This document shows positions 51,920-64,000 of a DNA stretch of 64,000 bases, piece after piece. The notes below the pieces were generated by a model. It made no database searches and was not told the origin of the DNA. It saw only the letters and a program-made list of their open reading frames with translations. Made by a program: the position numbers and the translations under genes. The stretch spans positions 74,278,001 through 74,342,000 of the forward strand of contig NC_058368.1 in NCBI RefSeq assembly GCF_018350175.1, read 5' to 3'. Position 1 is the stretch's first letter. Each line of letters opens with the position of its first letter. The stretch comes from Felis catus (Eukaryota).

Positions 51920-52856
51920 AAATGAACATTTGATGAAGGATTTCTGTCTTGAATATTAGAGGAACACTTCACCTCAGTAGTAAGGCAAACTATCCAATAC
52001 ATGTTCAGTTATTTAAACCGATACTTTGCCAAAGAGATTACACGAATGCCAAATACACACATGACAAGATCTTCTACATCTCTAGTGATAGGAATGATTA
52101 AAACCAAAATCAGAGAACACTGCACCCCCAAACTAGCTTTTTTAAAAAACCAAATGTTGAGAATGTGAGCACTTAAAAATAAGACTCTTACATTGCTAGT
52201 GGAAATTCCAAATGACAGCTCCACCTTAAAAACAATTCTTTTGTTACTTATAAATGTAAACACTTTTATCATGGAACCCAGTATCCCTGCTTACAATTAT
52301 TTAACCAAGAGAAATGAAGGCACTTCTATAGGAAGACAGAACATAATGCTCTTCATAATAACTTCAAACTGGAAACAACGTGCAGCTATCGAGATTTAAC
52401 AGGTACATAAATTGTGGTATATCCATACAATAGGATACTTGGCAATAAATAAACACCAAACAGATCAGTAATTAGATAGAGAAACCACTGCTATATACAA
52501 CCACAATCACGAAAGCATTATGGCAGATGTCAGAAACCAGACGCAGTAAATTCTATAGTAAATGATTCCATTGAAATGAAATTCTAGAACAGACAGAACT
52601 CCAGTGACGGAAAAGCAGAACAGCAGTCACCAGGGGCTGGGCGTGGGGAGAGGGGGTCCCCTGGGGCTGGGCGTGGGGAGAGGGGATCCACGGCACAGGG
52701 GCAAGAAGGCAATTTGGGGATGAAGGAAACGATCTCTACTAGAATTGTAGTGATGATTATGTGACACTATATGTTAGTTAAGACTCATCAATTATACGTG
52801 CAAAATGGGTAAATTTTGTTGTCAATATTTTACTTCAGTAAAGCTGCTTTAGAAAA
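51920..52856 (+). mobile_element. Old L1 (MD/ME-like) ORF2 end and 3' UTR
   Basis: ATAAATTGTGGTATATCCATACAAT...ATGATTCCATTGAAATGAAATTCTAGAACAG...AAGACTCATCAAATT...CAGTAAAGCTG. Confidence 0.8.
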
Positions 52857-54459
52857 AAATCTCATTGTTCTACCACAGTATCCCAGTAATAAAGTCAGCA
52901 GCAATTCAGTTTTAAAGAAAAAAATGAAGGAAGTAGATCGAGTAAACTCATGCAATCAAGAAGTGACGGAATAAGCACAGGAACCAGGTATTTGGAATAG
53001 CAAATTGAAAGCTCTTTCAATTACCCCGTGGTTCTCAGCATCCTTATTTCCTTATCTTTGGCCATGCGTAGCATGGAAACTGACTCTTGGGACCACTGCT
53101 CATTCCTGCTGTAGACTCACAGTTACCTGATCTGAAGCAGAAGAATAGTGTTTATTACAATAATTGTGTTAATTGTGTTACTACCAATAAAATTAATTGA
53201 TAACACCAACTCTTATCTGTAGCATTATCATCATTTGGTGTCTTCAACTGTAGTTTTCCCTAATCATAATGAACGAGGGAGGAATGACAACGTTTTTAAT
53301 TTTATTTTTAACATAGGATCATTTGTTTTAAAAGAATATACTATCACATAATTACACTTCTTAAACAAGTAATCAGTGGCAAACTGGGTAAGGGAGTGGA
53401 TAATGCCATACATAGGAAACTCACAGGTTTAATTGAGAATCCAGGAACCATGTTTTTAGAATAAAAAAACATAATAATAATTTTCATGCTGTTCATTGGT
53501 ACCAACGGGAAATCACGGGTATTTCTTTGAGGCTTTTATTGAGGGCGAGGTGTGCAACAAGAAAGAAAAACAAACTCCGAAGTTATGGGGGATCTGAAAC
53601 ACCTGACTAAAATAGTTTTGTCTTTCCAAGTTTCCGCAGTCACTTGAAGAAAGATCCACAACCCACATGTGTACAGCCAGTTCCATGACTGAATGATGGG
53701 GCTGCTCTAGGAATAAGTCAAAGTAGAGTGATAGAGCTCGAGAGAGAATTCAGAAATATGTTTTTTTAATGTGTCAAACAAGAGGGAACAGTGAGGGCCT
53801 GACTTGACTTGGGATGTGTCAGGCTAAAAAGAAATGTAAATATGTACCTTACCAGTTCTTTATGTGCAGAAATCTGTAATATAAAATGTAGCTGGGCTCC
53901 ATGAATGAATCAAATAAATAGCTTCTACTATAAAATGTATTAGTTAATGAAATTAGCTTATGACATTGTTATGCAATTGTTTGCTACATATTCCTCTAGA
54001 GCTTTTTAATCAAATGTATCCATTCTGCATCTGTAGTGTTAAAGGAATACTTCCAAGGAGAAAACCATACCGTCTACTGTAAACCTCATTAATTTCTCTT
54101 TCCATTTTTTTTTTGCATGTTTCAGTAAAACTCCTTACTAAGAATAAATTTTTTCTTTGCACACTGATTTGACAAAACACAAATCATATAGTGAATGACT
54201 AAATACATGTATGCATCTAAGCAAAACTAAATTATGTACCCCACAGAACTTCTATCAGAACCCGTGATTGCAAATTAAATGAATTATTATCCTACATTTA
54301 CAGTTTGATTTTTATATATGGCAAAGAGCGGCCACAATTTCCATGATATACCTCTAACTTATTCAACTATTATTAAAAGACTGAAAATTAACTTCACATT
54401 AGAAATAATGACAATAGGGAATGTTCAATGAAAATTTAGTTTGTACCAGAGAATCTTCT

Positions 54460-54650
54460 CAGGGCTTCATCTATATTAACTTAATCAGTTCTCACAACAG
54501 ACCTATAATGTAGGTTAGTATAATTGTCTCCACTTTATCGATGAGAAAACGGAGACATGGAACTTAAGGCATGGAACAGGAGCAATGGCAGAGCTGGTCA
54601 TGAACTCAGGCAGCACAGTGTTAGAATCCTTGGTCTTAGGCACTACTTTC
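54460..54650 (-). mobile_element. MIR
   Basis: TTCTCACAACAGACCTAT...GATGAGAAAACGGAGAC...GGCAGAGCTGG. Confidence 0.65.
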
Positions 54651-54950
54651 TATCGCCTTCAAAACAAAAACAAAAACAAAAACAAAACAGAGCTGAAGAC
54701 ATTCTTTCTTATGTACAGCTATTTTACAAGTTCAGTAAGTATTGCTTAACTAAAAATCAATGTATATTCTTAGTTTCCATCAGACCTCAAAATGAATATA
54801 ATTGGTTGCTGAGGCTCTCACTAAGCAAAAGTGTGTTACTGTGGCAAGTTGCAGGTATCTGTGCAGAGTCTTTGGAATATTTGGGTTTGGACCCAATTCA
54901 AAAGTTCATGGCTCCACTTGGTAAGGACAGGCATATAAGGCTCATTTCCT

Positions 54951-55153
54951 GGGGCACCTGGATGGCTCAGTCAGTTAAGCGTCCAACTTTGGCTCAGGTC
55001 ATGATCTTGTGGCTTGTGGGTTCAAGCCTGGCATCGGGCTCTGTGCTGATAGCTCGGAGCCTGAAGCCTGATTCAGATTCTGTGTCTCTTCTCTCTGCCC
55101 TCCCCCACTTGCACTCTCTCTCTGTCTCTCTCTCAAAAATAAATAAAAAAAAT
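54951..55153 (+). mobile_element. CanSINE
   Basis: TSD TAAGGCTCA(TT/CC)TCCT at 54936-54950 and 55154-55168. Confidence 0.96.
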
Positions 55154-56849
55154 TAAGGCTCACCTCCTGACTGGCCTCCTGGTTCCATTTCAAAACCCCT
55201 TGACAAAGCGACTCCATTTTATTTCATCTTTCTCAGTGGCAAGACTATGGTTTGCCAACAGTCTGTCATTTGTTGTTCCCTTCCCCCCGCCCCCCTTTTC
55301 CCCACGTTGTATATTTGCATACACTCCATCTAAAGAAGAGTTTTCTCCACCCACTCCATCCCCAGCAGCCACTTGCGAGCGATATGTTTTGGGATTTGCT
55401 TGGACATGTTCCAAGCTAATTGGAGTTTTCATTGTTGTTGTTTGTTTCTTTTCTTAGATCTGCTTTTTTGTCTGAGTTTGATGATGCTTTTCTTACACCT
55501 ATTTAAATTAGAGAAATAGCTCCCTGTGAAAAAACCATCATGTGAAACCTTGCTTCTCATCTGCTGTCATGGAGATAGTACGAATTCTGTGAAATGGCTT
55601 CTTTGTCCTCCCATTAAACCTCATTTCCTTCCCCTTCCTTCGTTTTTTAGAACCAGCCACCTCACTGGGAAGCTAGTATTTTTGCAGATATATTGCACTT
55701 TGCTCCTCTGCTTCTTAGCACTGTGCTTCCTCTTTCTGTGCTCAGATCCACCAGGACGGAGTCTTCTCCACTGGTGTATTAGCCGCACTGCTTCCTGGGT
55801 ACCAGCTTCATCCGTATCTTTCCCCGGTAGCCACTCCATCTGTTTTGGGGTCTGGCTTCCCAGCTGTCTCCTTGTGTCACTGAAAATGAACTTTTCTTTT
55901 GTATTTGCTGTTTTCTCAATGACCTCCAAGACGAGCTAGTGGAACACTAAATGTTTACCTTTATGTTCAAACTGAAAACAACTCTTTCTAATTCCTTAAT
56001 TAAATGTGCCAATGTTAACTGATTATGCTCCCGTGTTTTAGAATACCCTAAAAATAAGCGTTAGCTACATACCTTCAAATCAATGGCATGGAGTATTTTG
56101 TATAAGAAATCTGTCGGGATGGATGCATCTATGTGAATATCATTTTAATATCCTCATATGTTTATTCCATATGTTATCACAAAGTAACATAATGATACGA
56201 ATGTTCCTATAACCTTCAAGGATGCATCTTTGTGGTACTATATGATAATGGGTCAGGTATTTTGATAAGATCATTAAAATATTCAAGCATAAAACTCACT
56301 CCTTAAGGTATTCTTCAACATATTATTAACCAGAAGAAAAAAGAAAGAAAGAAAGAAACACAAGGTTTCAGACGAGCCACTGTTCACATTATCTTTCAAA
56401 AGCAGAAGGATGGAGTTGACTTAAAGAATCAAAACCCATCACTAGTATCCATCACTGTCAAATTTATGGTCAACTTGTCCTTCACAGGAGTAGGTCACAA
56501 TGCATTCCTAGATCTTTGATAGGTTTCACTCTACCTCCATAACAATTAACATGCCTTTTCAACGAGTATGATTTAAAACGATGAGAATGGTCTTACGTGA
56601 TGTACGTTGTTGCTGTTATTAAAAATGAACAAATGAATGGATGAATATATGAAAGTGGCAAAAAGAGAAAATTTTTCGAAGCTAAGCACAACTTGGACAT
56701 AGAATCTAGAAGTCATAATAAATAGAATGGGGCACATGGTAGACATGAAACTGAATTGGGATCAAGATAAAAAAGCATGAGTCTCATCTCTCCAATGCTT
56801 GGAGACTAAACAGGGGCATAGATCTTCAAAGGACCCTATAGATTGGGGA

Positions 56850-57064
56850 TTTTTTAAATGTCTGTTTATTTTGAGAGAGATAGAGAGCATGTGCACAAGC
56901 ACGCAGGAGAGGGTCAGAGAGGAGAGAGAGAATCTCAAGCAAGTTCCAGGCTGTGAGCTCAGAGGCAGGCACAGGGCTTGAATCCATGGACTGGACCTTG
57001 AGATCATGACCTGAGCTGAAATCAAGAGTCTGACATTCAACTGACTGAACCACCCAGGCGCCCC
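56850..57064 (-). mobile_element. CanSINE (older type)
   Basis: GAGATCATGACCTGAGCTGAAATCAAGAG...CCACCCAGGCGCCCC. Confidence 0.93.
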
Positions 57065-57879
57065 AGAGATTATGATTATTGTTATTTTGGTTTTTGTTTT
57101 TTAAATCTTGACTAGGCGGAACTTGAGGAGGTCCCACAGGGATTCCTCAGGGATCATGAAGCAGACAGAGGGGACATATGGGCAGACGTTTTCACCAGAG
57201 AGGTTTCCAGAAAAAAGTCATTTTTAAAATATCACCTATACTGTGCAAATCTGTAAAATTATGCTTAAAGAAAGGGACACGAGGATTAAAAATGTTTGGA
57301 TAGAATTTTTTTCTATAGCCTTAATTAAACTTCCAGAATATGCAATGTGGCCAGCAACATTGCACTTAAGCTGTGTTGGGTAGATATGGAGCTTAAAGAT
57401 CTCCATTAGCTTTGCTTGGTCATTGCTGACACAGCATTCCATGTAGGAGAGTTACTGGGCTGGTCCCAGTGAGAACACATGTTTCCTCCTCAGTGCCTCA
57501 TACCTTTTGCCACATAAGTGTTACCCTCTTGTCTTCAGACATGATTTCAGAGTAATAGTGGACTCAAATGAAAAGTTCAGTGGGAATAGTGCTTCATGGA
57601 AATTAACCACGGAACCTCATTCCTTTTGCTTTTTAAAAATTTTTAATTGTCTCTACCTCTTTCCTCTACGGCCCGTCTCAAATCTGAAGATAATAAATCC
57701 TCAACAGAATTTAGGCCTGGAAACAAACTGTGCCTTCTGACATGGAACGATGATCATGATAAATTGCAACAAGTAGTAAAAATGCTCCATGTACAGAAAA
57801 GAACTGTGCCCAACAGCTAGTAACAGAAACCTAGAAGCTAGGTATTTAATTAAATTCAGTTTTAATTTTATTTAATGAG

Positions 57880-58548
57880 TGTATTCGCCAGTGTTCTCCA
57901 GAGAAACATAATCAATAGGATGGATGGATAGATATAGACATAGATAGATATAGATGCAGATATAGAGATAAAGATAGATGTGCAGATATAGATATAAGTA
58001 TAGATATAGAGAGAGTCACCCAGAAGGGAGTTGCTGTTTGAGTCTGGAGAAAGTCTTCTGGTGGAATTCCTTCTTTTCCTGGGAAAGTGGTTTTCGATTG
58101 AGGCCTTCAACTACTTGGAGGAGGTCCACCTACATTATGGAGGGCAATCTGCTTTACTCAAAGTCTACTGATTTAAACATTAATCTTACCTAAAATAATA
58201 CTTTTGCGGGGAGCCTGGGTGGCTCAGTCAGTTGAGCATCCAACTTCGGCTCAGGTCATGATCTCACAGTTGACGAGTTCGAGCCCCGTGTCGGGCTCTG
58301 TGGTGACAGCTCAGAGCTTGGAGCCTGCTTCAGATTCTGTGTCTCCCTCTCTCTCTGCCCCTCCCCTGCTCATGCCATCTCTCTCTGTCTCCCAAAAATA
58401 AATAAATGTAAAAAAAATAAATAAAATAAAATAAAATAAAATAAAATAAAATAAAATAATACTTTTGCAAAAGCATTTAGAATAATCTTGGACCAAATAT
58501 CTAGGTATCATGGACTAGCCAAGTTGACACACAAACTTAGCTATCACC
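57880..58548 (-). mobile_element. MLT2-type (ERVL) solo LTR interrupted by a SINE
   Basis: TGTATT..TTCTCCAGAGAAACA..AATAGGA, then a (GATA)-like tract, ACATTATGGAGGGCAATCTGCTTTACTCAAAGTCTACTGATTTAAA and CTAGCCAAGTTGACACA. Confidence 0.88.
58208..58452 (+). mobile_element. CanSINE with (TAAAA)n tail
   Basis: TSD AAAATAATACTTTTGC at 58192-58207 and 58453-58468. Confidence 0.97.
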
Positions 58549-58941
58549 AGTGGGCAATCAATGATTATGACGACAGCTATGTGCTGTCATTGTGGACCTA
58601 GAGTTTTTTCAGTATTGCTGCTTCATTGTATTTAGCGCAAGACTTTCATCTTCCAGGTTGCCTCATGGTCACAAGAAGGCTGCTAATGTTCAGGCAACAT
58701 AGCTGTGATTCCAGCAAGGAAGAAGGAGTAAAGACAAAATGGTTGCATTAATGCCACACTCACAAACTCCATGGCATTCCATTGCCCATATCCGTTTCAT
58801 ATGGTTACCTTTATCTGCAGAATAGATTGGAAAACAGTTTTCAGTGAGCATAATTCAACTCCCAACAAAACCGTGATTCTGTTAGCACAAAAAAAGGGGG
58901 GAGCACGTATGTTGGATAAGCAACTAGTAGCCTTTGCCACA
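58549..58941 (-). mobile_element. MaLR LTR (MLT1K/L-like)
   Basis: GGTTGCCTCATGGTCACAAGAAGGCTGC...GATTCTGTTAG...GCAACTAGTAGCCTTTGCCACA. Confidence 0.65.
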
Positions 58942-58954
58942 GCAGTTGTCATTT

Positions 58955-59170
58955 AAAGGGCACTTGTTGTGTGCCAGGTCCTGTGCTGAACACTTTGTAC
59001 ACATTATCTCGTGGACTCTCACAAAAGCCCTCTGAAATAGAAATAATTATAATTATCCTCACTTCAAGGGAGAAAAACATAGGCTTGAAAGCTTTAAGCA
59101 ACTGGGTCCAGGTCAAACATATACGTAGAGATACCTGGAAATTGACTGTGGCCCCTTCTGAGCTCTGTTT
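58955..59170 (-). mobile_element. MIR
   Basis: GCACTTGTTGTGTGCCAGGTCCTGTGCTGAACACTTT...ATTATCCTCACTT. Confidence 0.7.
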
Positions 59171-61013
59171 GTCCTCAGTCAATTGATGATTTCTGTTCAC
59201 CCGCTGTGGTTTTGAGTACTCGGCATCATGTGCCTTTGTTCTTAAACTCAAAACCACAAGGTCGCAAGAATCCTCTTACAGCTTCTAATTGCATATAAAA
59301 TATTAACTTGAGCAACTGTGCTCCTAATATTCACTTACATTAAGCATATTTCTGTTCCTTATCTCAGATTATTCAAACTGAATGAAAAACCGTTCACGGG
59401 TGCCACTGGTGTAATCCTTTAAAAAATCAAATAGATGTTTGAGATATAGTTTCTCAGCAGGGAACCCACCCACCTGACCTTCCATTTCCAAACTACACGC
59501 AAGCAAGTGCTCATTTCGTGTTTGTGTGGGTAAGCCATACTTTCCCGAGCTATTCAAGACACTGGGAAAATCAATGTCTCTGCTTCCAATCATAAAGTTG
59601 TTACCCTGAAGCCGTTCTTTGTTTTTGTCTTTGCTTCTGTCTTCAGCCCAACGAATTCTCTCTGCCCCCTCGCAGTATCCTTTATGCCCAAACCTGGGGT
59701 GGCTTCTTCCTTTTTGTGATAATGGGTGAGTGAAAATGGTAGATCCTCATGATGTACTTCAACTCATTGGTCCCTGAAGGCCCAGGGTGAAGTTCCTATA
59801 TCCATCCCAGAGGACCAGTTGGCCGCTGCTGTTGTCTTTTGAAATGGATAGCAGATGTTATTATTTTAGTTAAACTTGTTGCAGATTTTGTTTTTCTACT
59901 TGACTGACACTGTGACCTTGATTCTTCTTCCATTAATGCTACTGATCCTAACTTGATTTTGCTGCTTTGCTGCCACCAGAGTCTGACGGCTAAAGTTGTC
60001 TAAGGAAGAAGAATTCCAACCACGACGTTCTAACAGATAGGCATCAATTTTGTGGCCTCCTGAAAATCAATTGTGTCCAAGGACATAAAATTAATTCCCC
60101 ATTGGTTTGTCCCAGAAGCCTACGAGACTTTCTTAATTAACCTCTAAATGGATGCTGGAAAGTGGCTGTGTCCTAGACTGGTCCTTTACTCATATTGAGC
60201 TCCTGTCTTCCTCGATGACCTGTGTCTGCCTTTAACACAGAACAAACCTTCCTCTCAGATGGTCAGTGTAAGGCCCACACTTGTTATGCCACACCACCAG
60301 CAACACAACCCTCCCCACACGTGAAGAGTTTAATAGTCATCATTGATCTTCCTATCTCAGTGGTGGAAAGACGGCAGAGGTGACAAATATCTGAGGTCAC
60401 AAATTTTTTTCCACGTGTTCAAGCCACCACAGCTTCCAAGGGAGATATGCAGGGGAGATGCTTCCAGTTAAATTCACACTTTCCTTAAATATTGGAGGAC
60501 TTGTCTTCAAATTTCTCCCTTGGACCTTTGACCTTCGCACATGGGGCTAAAACAAGTATAGGAAACAAGGACTTTGTTCACTTCTAACTTGACCTCTTTT
60601 TATTTTAGCAGCTACTATCTTATATCAGAGAGAGAGACAGAGGCATGAATCTAAGGACAACCTGATCAAAGCACTTGTCCAAAGAAGAACTTCCCTGGCC
60701 AGCCTACCCCAGAATTTTTCTGTAGCAGACAGGTCGTCTTAAATGACAGACTGAATAAGTCCAATTTTCCAACACAAGCTGCACAGAGAGAATCAAAAAG
60801 AGATAGGGAAAAATATAATAAGAGAGGAAAACAGCACTGGAAGTATTGGAGTAGCCATTTTCCTGACCCCCCACAGGGATCCTTTTTCTTAGCATCTTGG
60901 TCTGATAATAACTGCATGCCCCTGTACTTGACATACATATGTCACTCGAATGCTAAGGACCAGAATAGGTGTGGTGGGTGAGGAAGGGAGTGGCTAAATG
61001 TGTCTCTTCTCCA

Positions 61014-61175
61014 TCAGTGGATGGTACTTTTTGGGTCATGGAACCCTAAAGCAAATACAACGTTAGCTTAGTCCCCAGAAAAATGCCTTCCTGCATTCCA
61101 ACAACAACTTTGTCTTTTATTTTAGACAGCCAATAAATCCAAGGTCACTCATAGACTTTTAATTGAGAATTTTTG
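61014..61175. mobile_element. Possible small hAT-Charlie element
   Basis: TTTTTGGGTCATGGAACCC...TCCCCAGAAAAATGC resembles a recalled old MER. Confidence 0.4.
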
Positions 61176-61937
61176 CCCTGGGATTTAGAATCTAACAATA
61201 AGATATATCTGCTCTCTGCCCCCAGCTCTCTTGTCTGCTTAAACCAACACAGCAATTTGTCCCCCAAACCCTATCCAAGACGGATGGAGTTGATAGCATC
61301 CCACTAAATTTATCGTTTCAATGGAAGGTATTACTAGGTCTGGATGATGGACTCAGTTATGATCTCGTTTAGCCAGCAACATTTTAATAAACTATAAGGG
61401 ACATATGGGATTGCTATGACAAAGACATCCAGGGCACAGACACTCAAGTCCATCTGTTTGGAAACCCACAGAATCCCGAAGATTAAAAAAAAAAGTTACA
61501 GGGAGAGATCTTTGCCACAGAGCTCTAGCTGAAGGCTGGTTATAGAAGACCAAGTGTTGAATCTGGCTTTTGTTTATGATTTATGTCCTTTTGCAATTTC
61601 TTTCTGGGACTCTTTCTTTTCGTATGTAATGTGAGGATAATTCTTAGTCCAGAAAATTGGTGTCATGACCAAACAAGATAACATAGTTGGTATACAAGGG
61701 GCACATCGCAACTGGATGAACTAATGTTTAAGAGCATATACGGTGTGCTCATACTTTGTATGCATTTTGTAAATGTTTAGAATGCTGTATGTTTACATGT
61801 TTAGTGTATGTCTAAATGTTTAGAGTACTGTATAAAGTACCTGAGAGATACCCTCATAATATTAAAGATCTTCACCTTATAAGTCTAACAATAATGACGG
61901 TGGTGATGTAAGAAGGGTCAGAGACACAGGTTAATTA

Positions 61938-61941
<4 letters not shown>

Positions 61942-61985
<44 letters not shown>
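61942..61985. repeat. (GT)n microsatellite
   Basis: Read directly. Confidence 0.95.
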
Positions 61986-61986
<1 letters not shown>

Positions 61987-62256
61987 GGTGGGAGGCTTTG
62001 TTGCAAGATCCCCTAAGTTTTTTGGAGTAAACAGAATACGTAAAAGGAACATGGACCACACGCGGTATTTAAAGACAGTCTGCCCCATACTTTGCAAATC
62101 CTCAACAGCATGAAAGTGGTCAGAAACCTACTGGTATCCAGTTAACTAATTTAGTTAATACATAGGCCAATGATTTTTATCTCCACTCCCAGAAACACCT
62201 GAACCCCCTTTTACACATGCAACAGATCCTTTAAAAAAGATCTTCCCCCAAAAAAA

Positions 62257-62465
62257 GGGGCTCCTGGGTGGCACAGTCGGTTAAGCGTCTGACCTCAGCC
62301 AGGTCACGATCTCGCGGTCCGTGAGTTCGAGCCCCGCGTCAGGCTCTGGGCTGATGGCTCAGAACCTGGAGCCTGTTTCCGATTCTGTGTCTCCCTCTCT
62401 CTCTGCCCCTCCCCCGTTCATGCTCTGTCTCTCTCTGTCCCAAAAATAAATAAACGTTGAAAAAA
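62257..62465 (+). mobile_element. Young felid CanSINE
   Basis: TSD AAAAAAGATCTTCCC at 62233-62247 and 62466-62480. Confidence 0.97.
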
Positions 62466-62584
62466 AAAAAAGATCTTCCCTCTTATTTCACATGAATGAC
62501 TCACTGAATAAAGTTTAATCTTTCCTTCTCAGAATATTTCTACAAAAGAAAAGGGAGTCGACCCGTCCTGAAGAGAATGTGAAT

Positions 62585-62750
62585 CAGCATTTCCCAAACT
62601 CAGTTCCTCAGAACTCACTCAAAACACACACTACAAACCAAACTGTGGCTAGTTTGGGAAAGGCTGGGTTTTAAAATTAGATGGGTCATCTTGGAATCAC
62701 TAAATTGTTAATTTCTATTGTGATAGACTCGGTATCAGTTCCCAAACCTT
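62585..62750. mobile_element. hAT-Charlie (Charlie4-like) fragment
   Basis: Inverted pair CAGCATTTCCCAAACT (62585-62600) / AGTTTGGGAAAGGCTG (62651-62666). Confidence 0.55.
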
Positions 62751-62859
62751 CCATGAGTGGGTGGAAATATCAACCACGGTAGGCTACAAATCTTATTTTT
62801 CACCAAGTATTTTAAATAAATGTACAATGCCCTACATTTGCAATCAGAGGTAGCACGGG

Positions 62860-62980
62860 AGGGAAATGAAGAGCCCAGGCCAATCTCATGGGGTAGCTGT
62901 GAAAACCACATGAGATAAAGTTTACAAAGCACTTAGAATAATGGCTGGCACACAGTAAGTGCTACATAAACCATCGTCTT
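62860..62980 (+). mobile_element. MIR 3' part
   Basis: AAAGCACTTAGAATAATGGCTGGCACACAGTAAGTGCT. Confidence 0.7.
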
Positions 62981-63299
62981 ATATATAAAGAGTAAGTACA
63001 TGAAGAAAACCTTTGTGTAAAATAGAAGTTATTTAAACACAATTTCCCCTTTTATGTGGGCTTGTTAGTCACACTTGAATCTTTACTGAGAGTTTTAGGT
63101 TTGGCCATTTCATTACATCTCAAGCTACGAGAAGAAATATAAAAGGTAAAAAGCAAAATGAATTCTAGTTATGTCTTAGAGAAGTGATGGATTCAGGGCA
63201 TATCTGGGATGGTCAGGAGTGAACATGCATTCATGTTCGCTGTTGAGCAGTTGTATTTCCATGGGCAAATGTTGCATGGAGACATGACTTTAGATGTTA

Positions 63300-63470
63300 T
63301 TGTCGTAACTATTATAAGCTATTATCAAAACTATTCCAAAGATGAGCAATTTGTAAAGAAAGAAATGAGGCAGTGTGTTTAAGCACGTATTTCAAATATT
63401 TGGCAAGGCTGAGACTTGAACACTGGCATCCTTGCTCTAGAATTCACTCTCTAACCATTCTATTTTTAGC
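63300..63470 (-). mobile_element. MIR
   Basis: GAAAGAAATGAGGCA...GGCTGAGACTTGAAC...CACTCTCTAACCA. Confidence 0.5.
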
Positions 63471-64000
63471 CTACCCTTGTAGCAACAGCTCAAGTAACTG
63501 TTTTAACTATATAGGTTGGTGATGAAATAATGCCGTGAAGACCCTGAAATCTGGAAATCTTTTTGTCTCACTCTCCTTATATCTTCTTTTTTCCCCCTAA
63601 ATTACAATAATTTTCTGCAGCTGGTCATGAAAATTCAAGTCTAGACTTTACAATGTATATTTGATTTTGACACACATGTTTTGGAGCAAAATTTTGTAAT
63701 AGAGTAATTGGAACTTAGATTATAAACTGCTGTTTGTCACATTTAATTGATATTTTGGTTGCTTCCACACTGTGTGGCTGTGAGAGTGATGCTCTGGTAT
63801 TCCTGGGTGTCTTGATTGTTTCCTAAAACTCTGGAAAGATGTGGCTAGTGAGAGCTATTTTCCGAGGTGCTGAAATGATTTCAAATCAAAGATATCCCAG
63901 ACTTCAGATATTGAAGAAATGCCCCAAATTCCATACATTCCTTTGACTGTTACTGTTCACACTGGATGTGAACTGTAATAAGTCATGTGACACATACATT

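Noticed and set aside
54557..55156. Longest ORF (199 aa)
   Set aside because: Runs from a MIR through unique DNA into a SINE; the C-terminus is SINE translation and no domain is recognisable.

Overview
AT-rich mammalian non-coding DNA, almost certainly from a cat-family (Felidae) genome. About 30 tRNA-derived CanSINEs are present, and several are near-identical copies of the young felid SINEC_Fc type with clean target-site duplications (TSDs). The rest is a typical intronic or intergenic mosaic of L1, L2 and MIR fragments, MaLR/ERVL LTRs, hAT-Charlie and Tigger-type DNA transposons, microsatellites and unique spacer. I found no credible protein-coding exon, RNA gene or viral/organellar insert. 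The supplied ORFs I could assign are SINE, microsatellite or decayed-L1 read-through, and the rest look like chance ORFs. I could not identify a new biological system. The items most worth checking are: a TSD-flanked L1 whose 5' end is fused to the end of ORF2 (15158-17027); a ~107-nt three-helix fold-back in unique sequence (18362-18468); a CpG-retaining 240-bp TA-flanked MITE (30256-30495); and a tandem-duplicated G-quadruplex motif (52633-52690). Repeat subfamily names come from recalled consensus sequences, not a search, and old-repeat boundaries are approximate.
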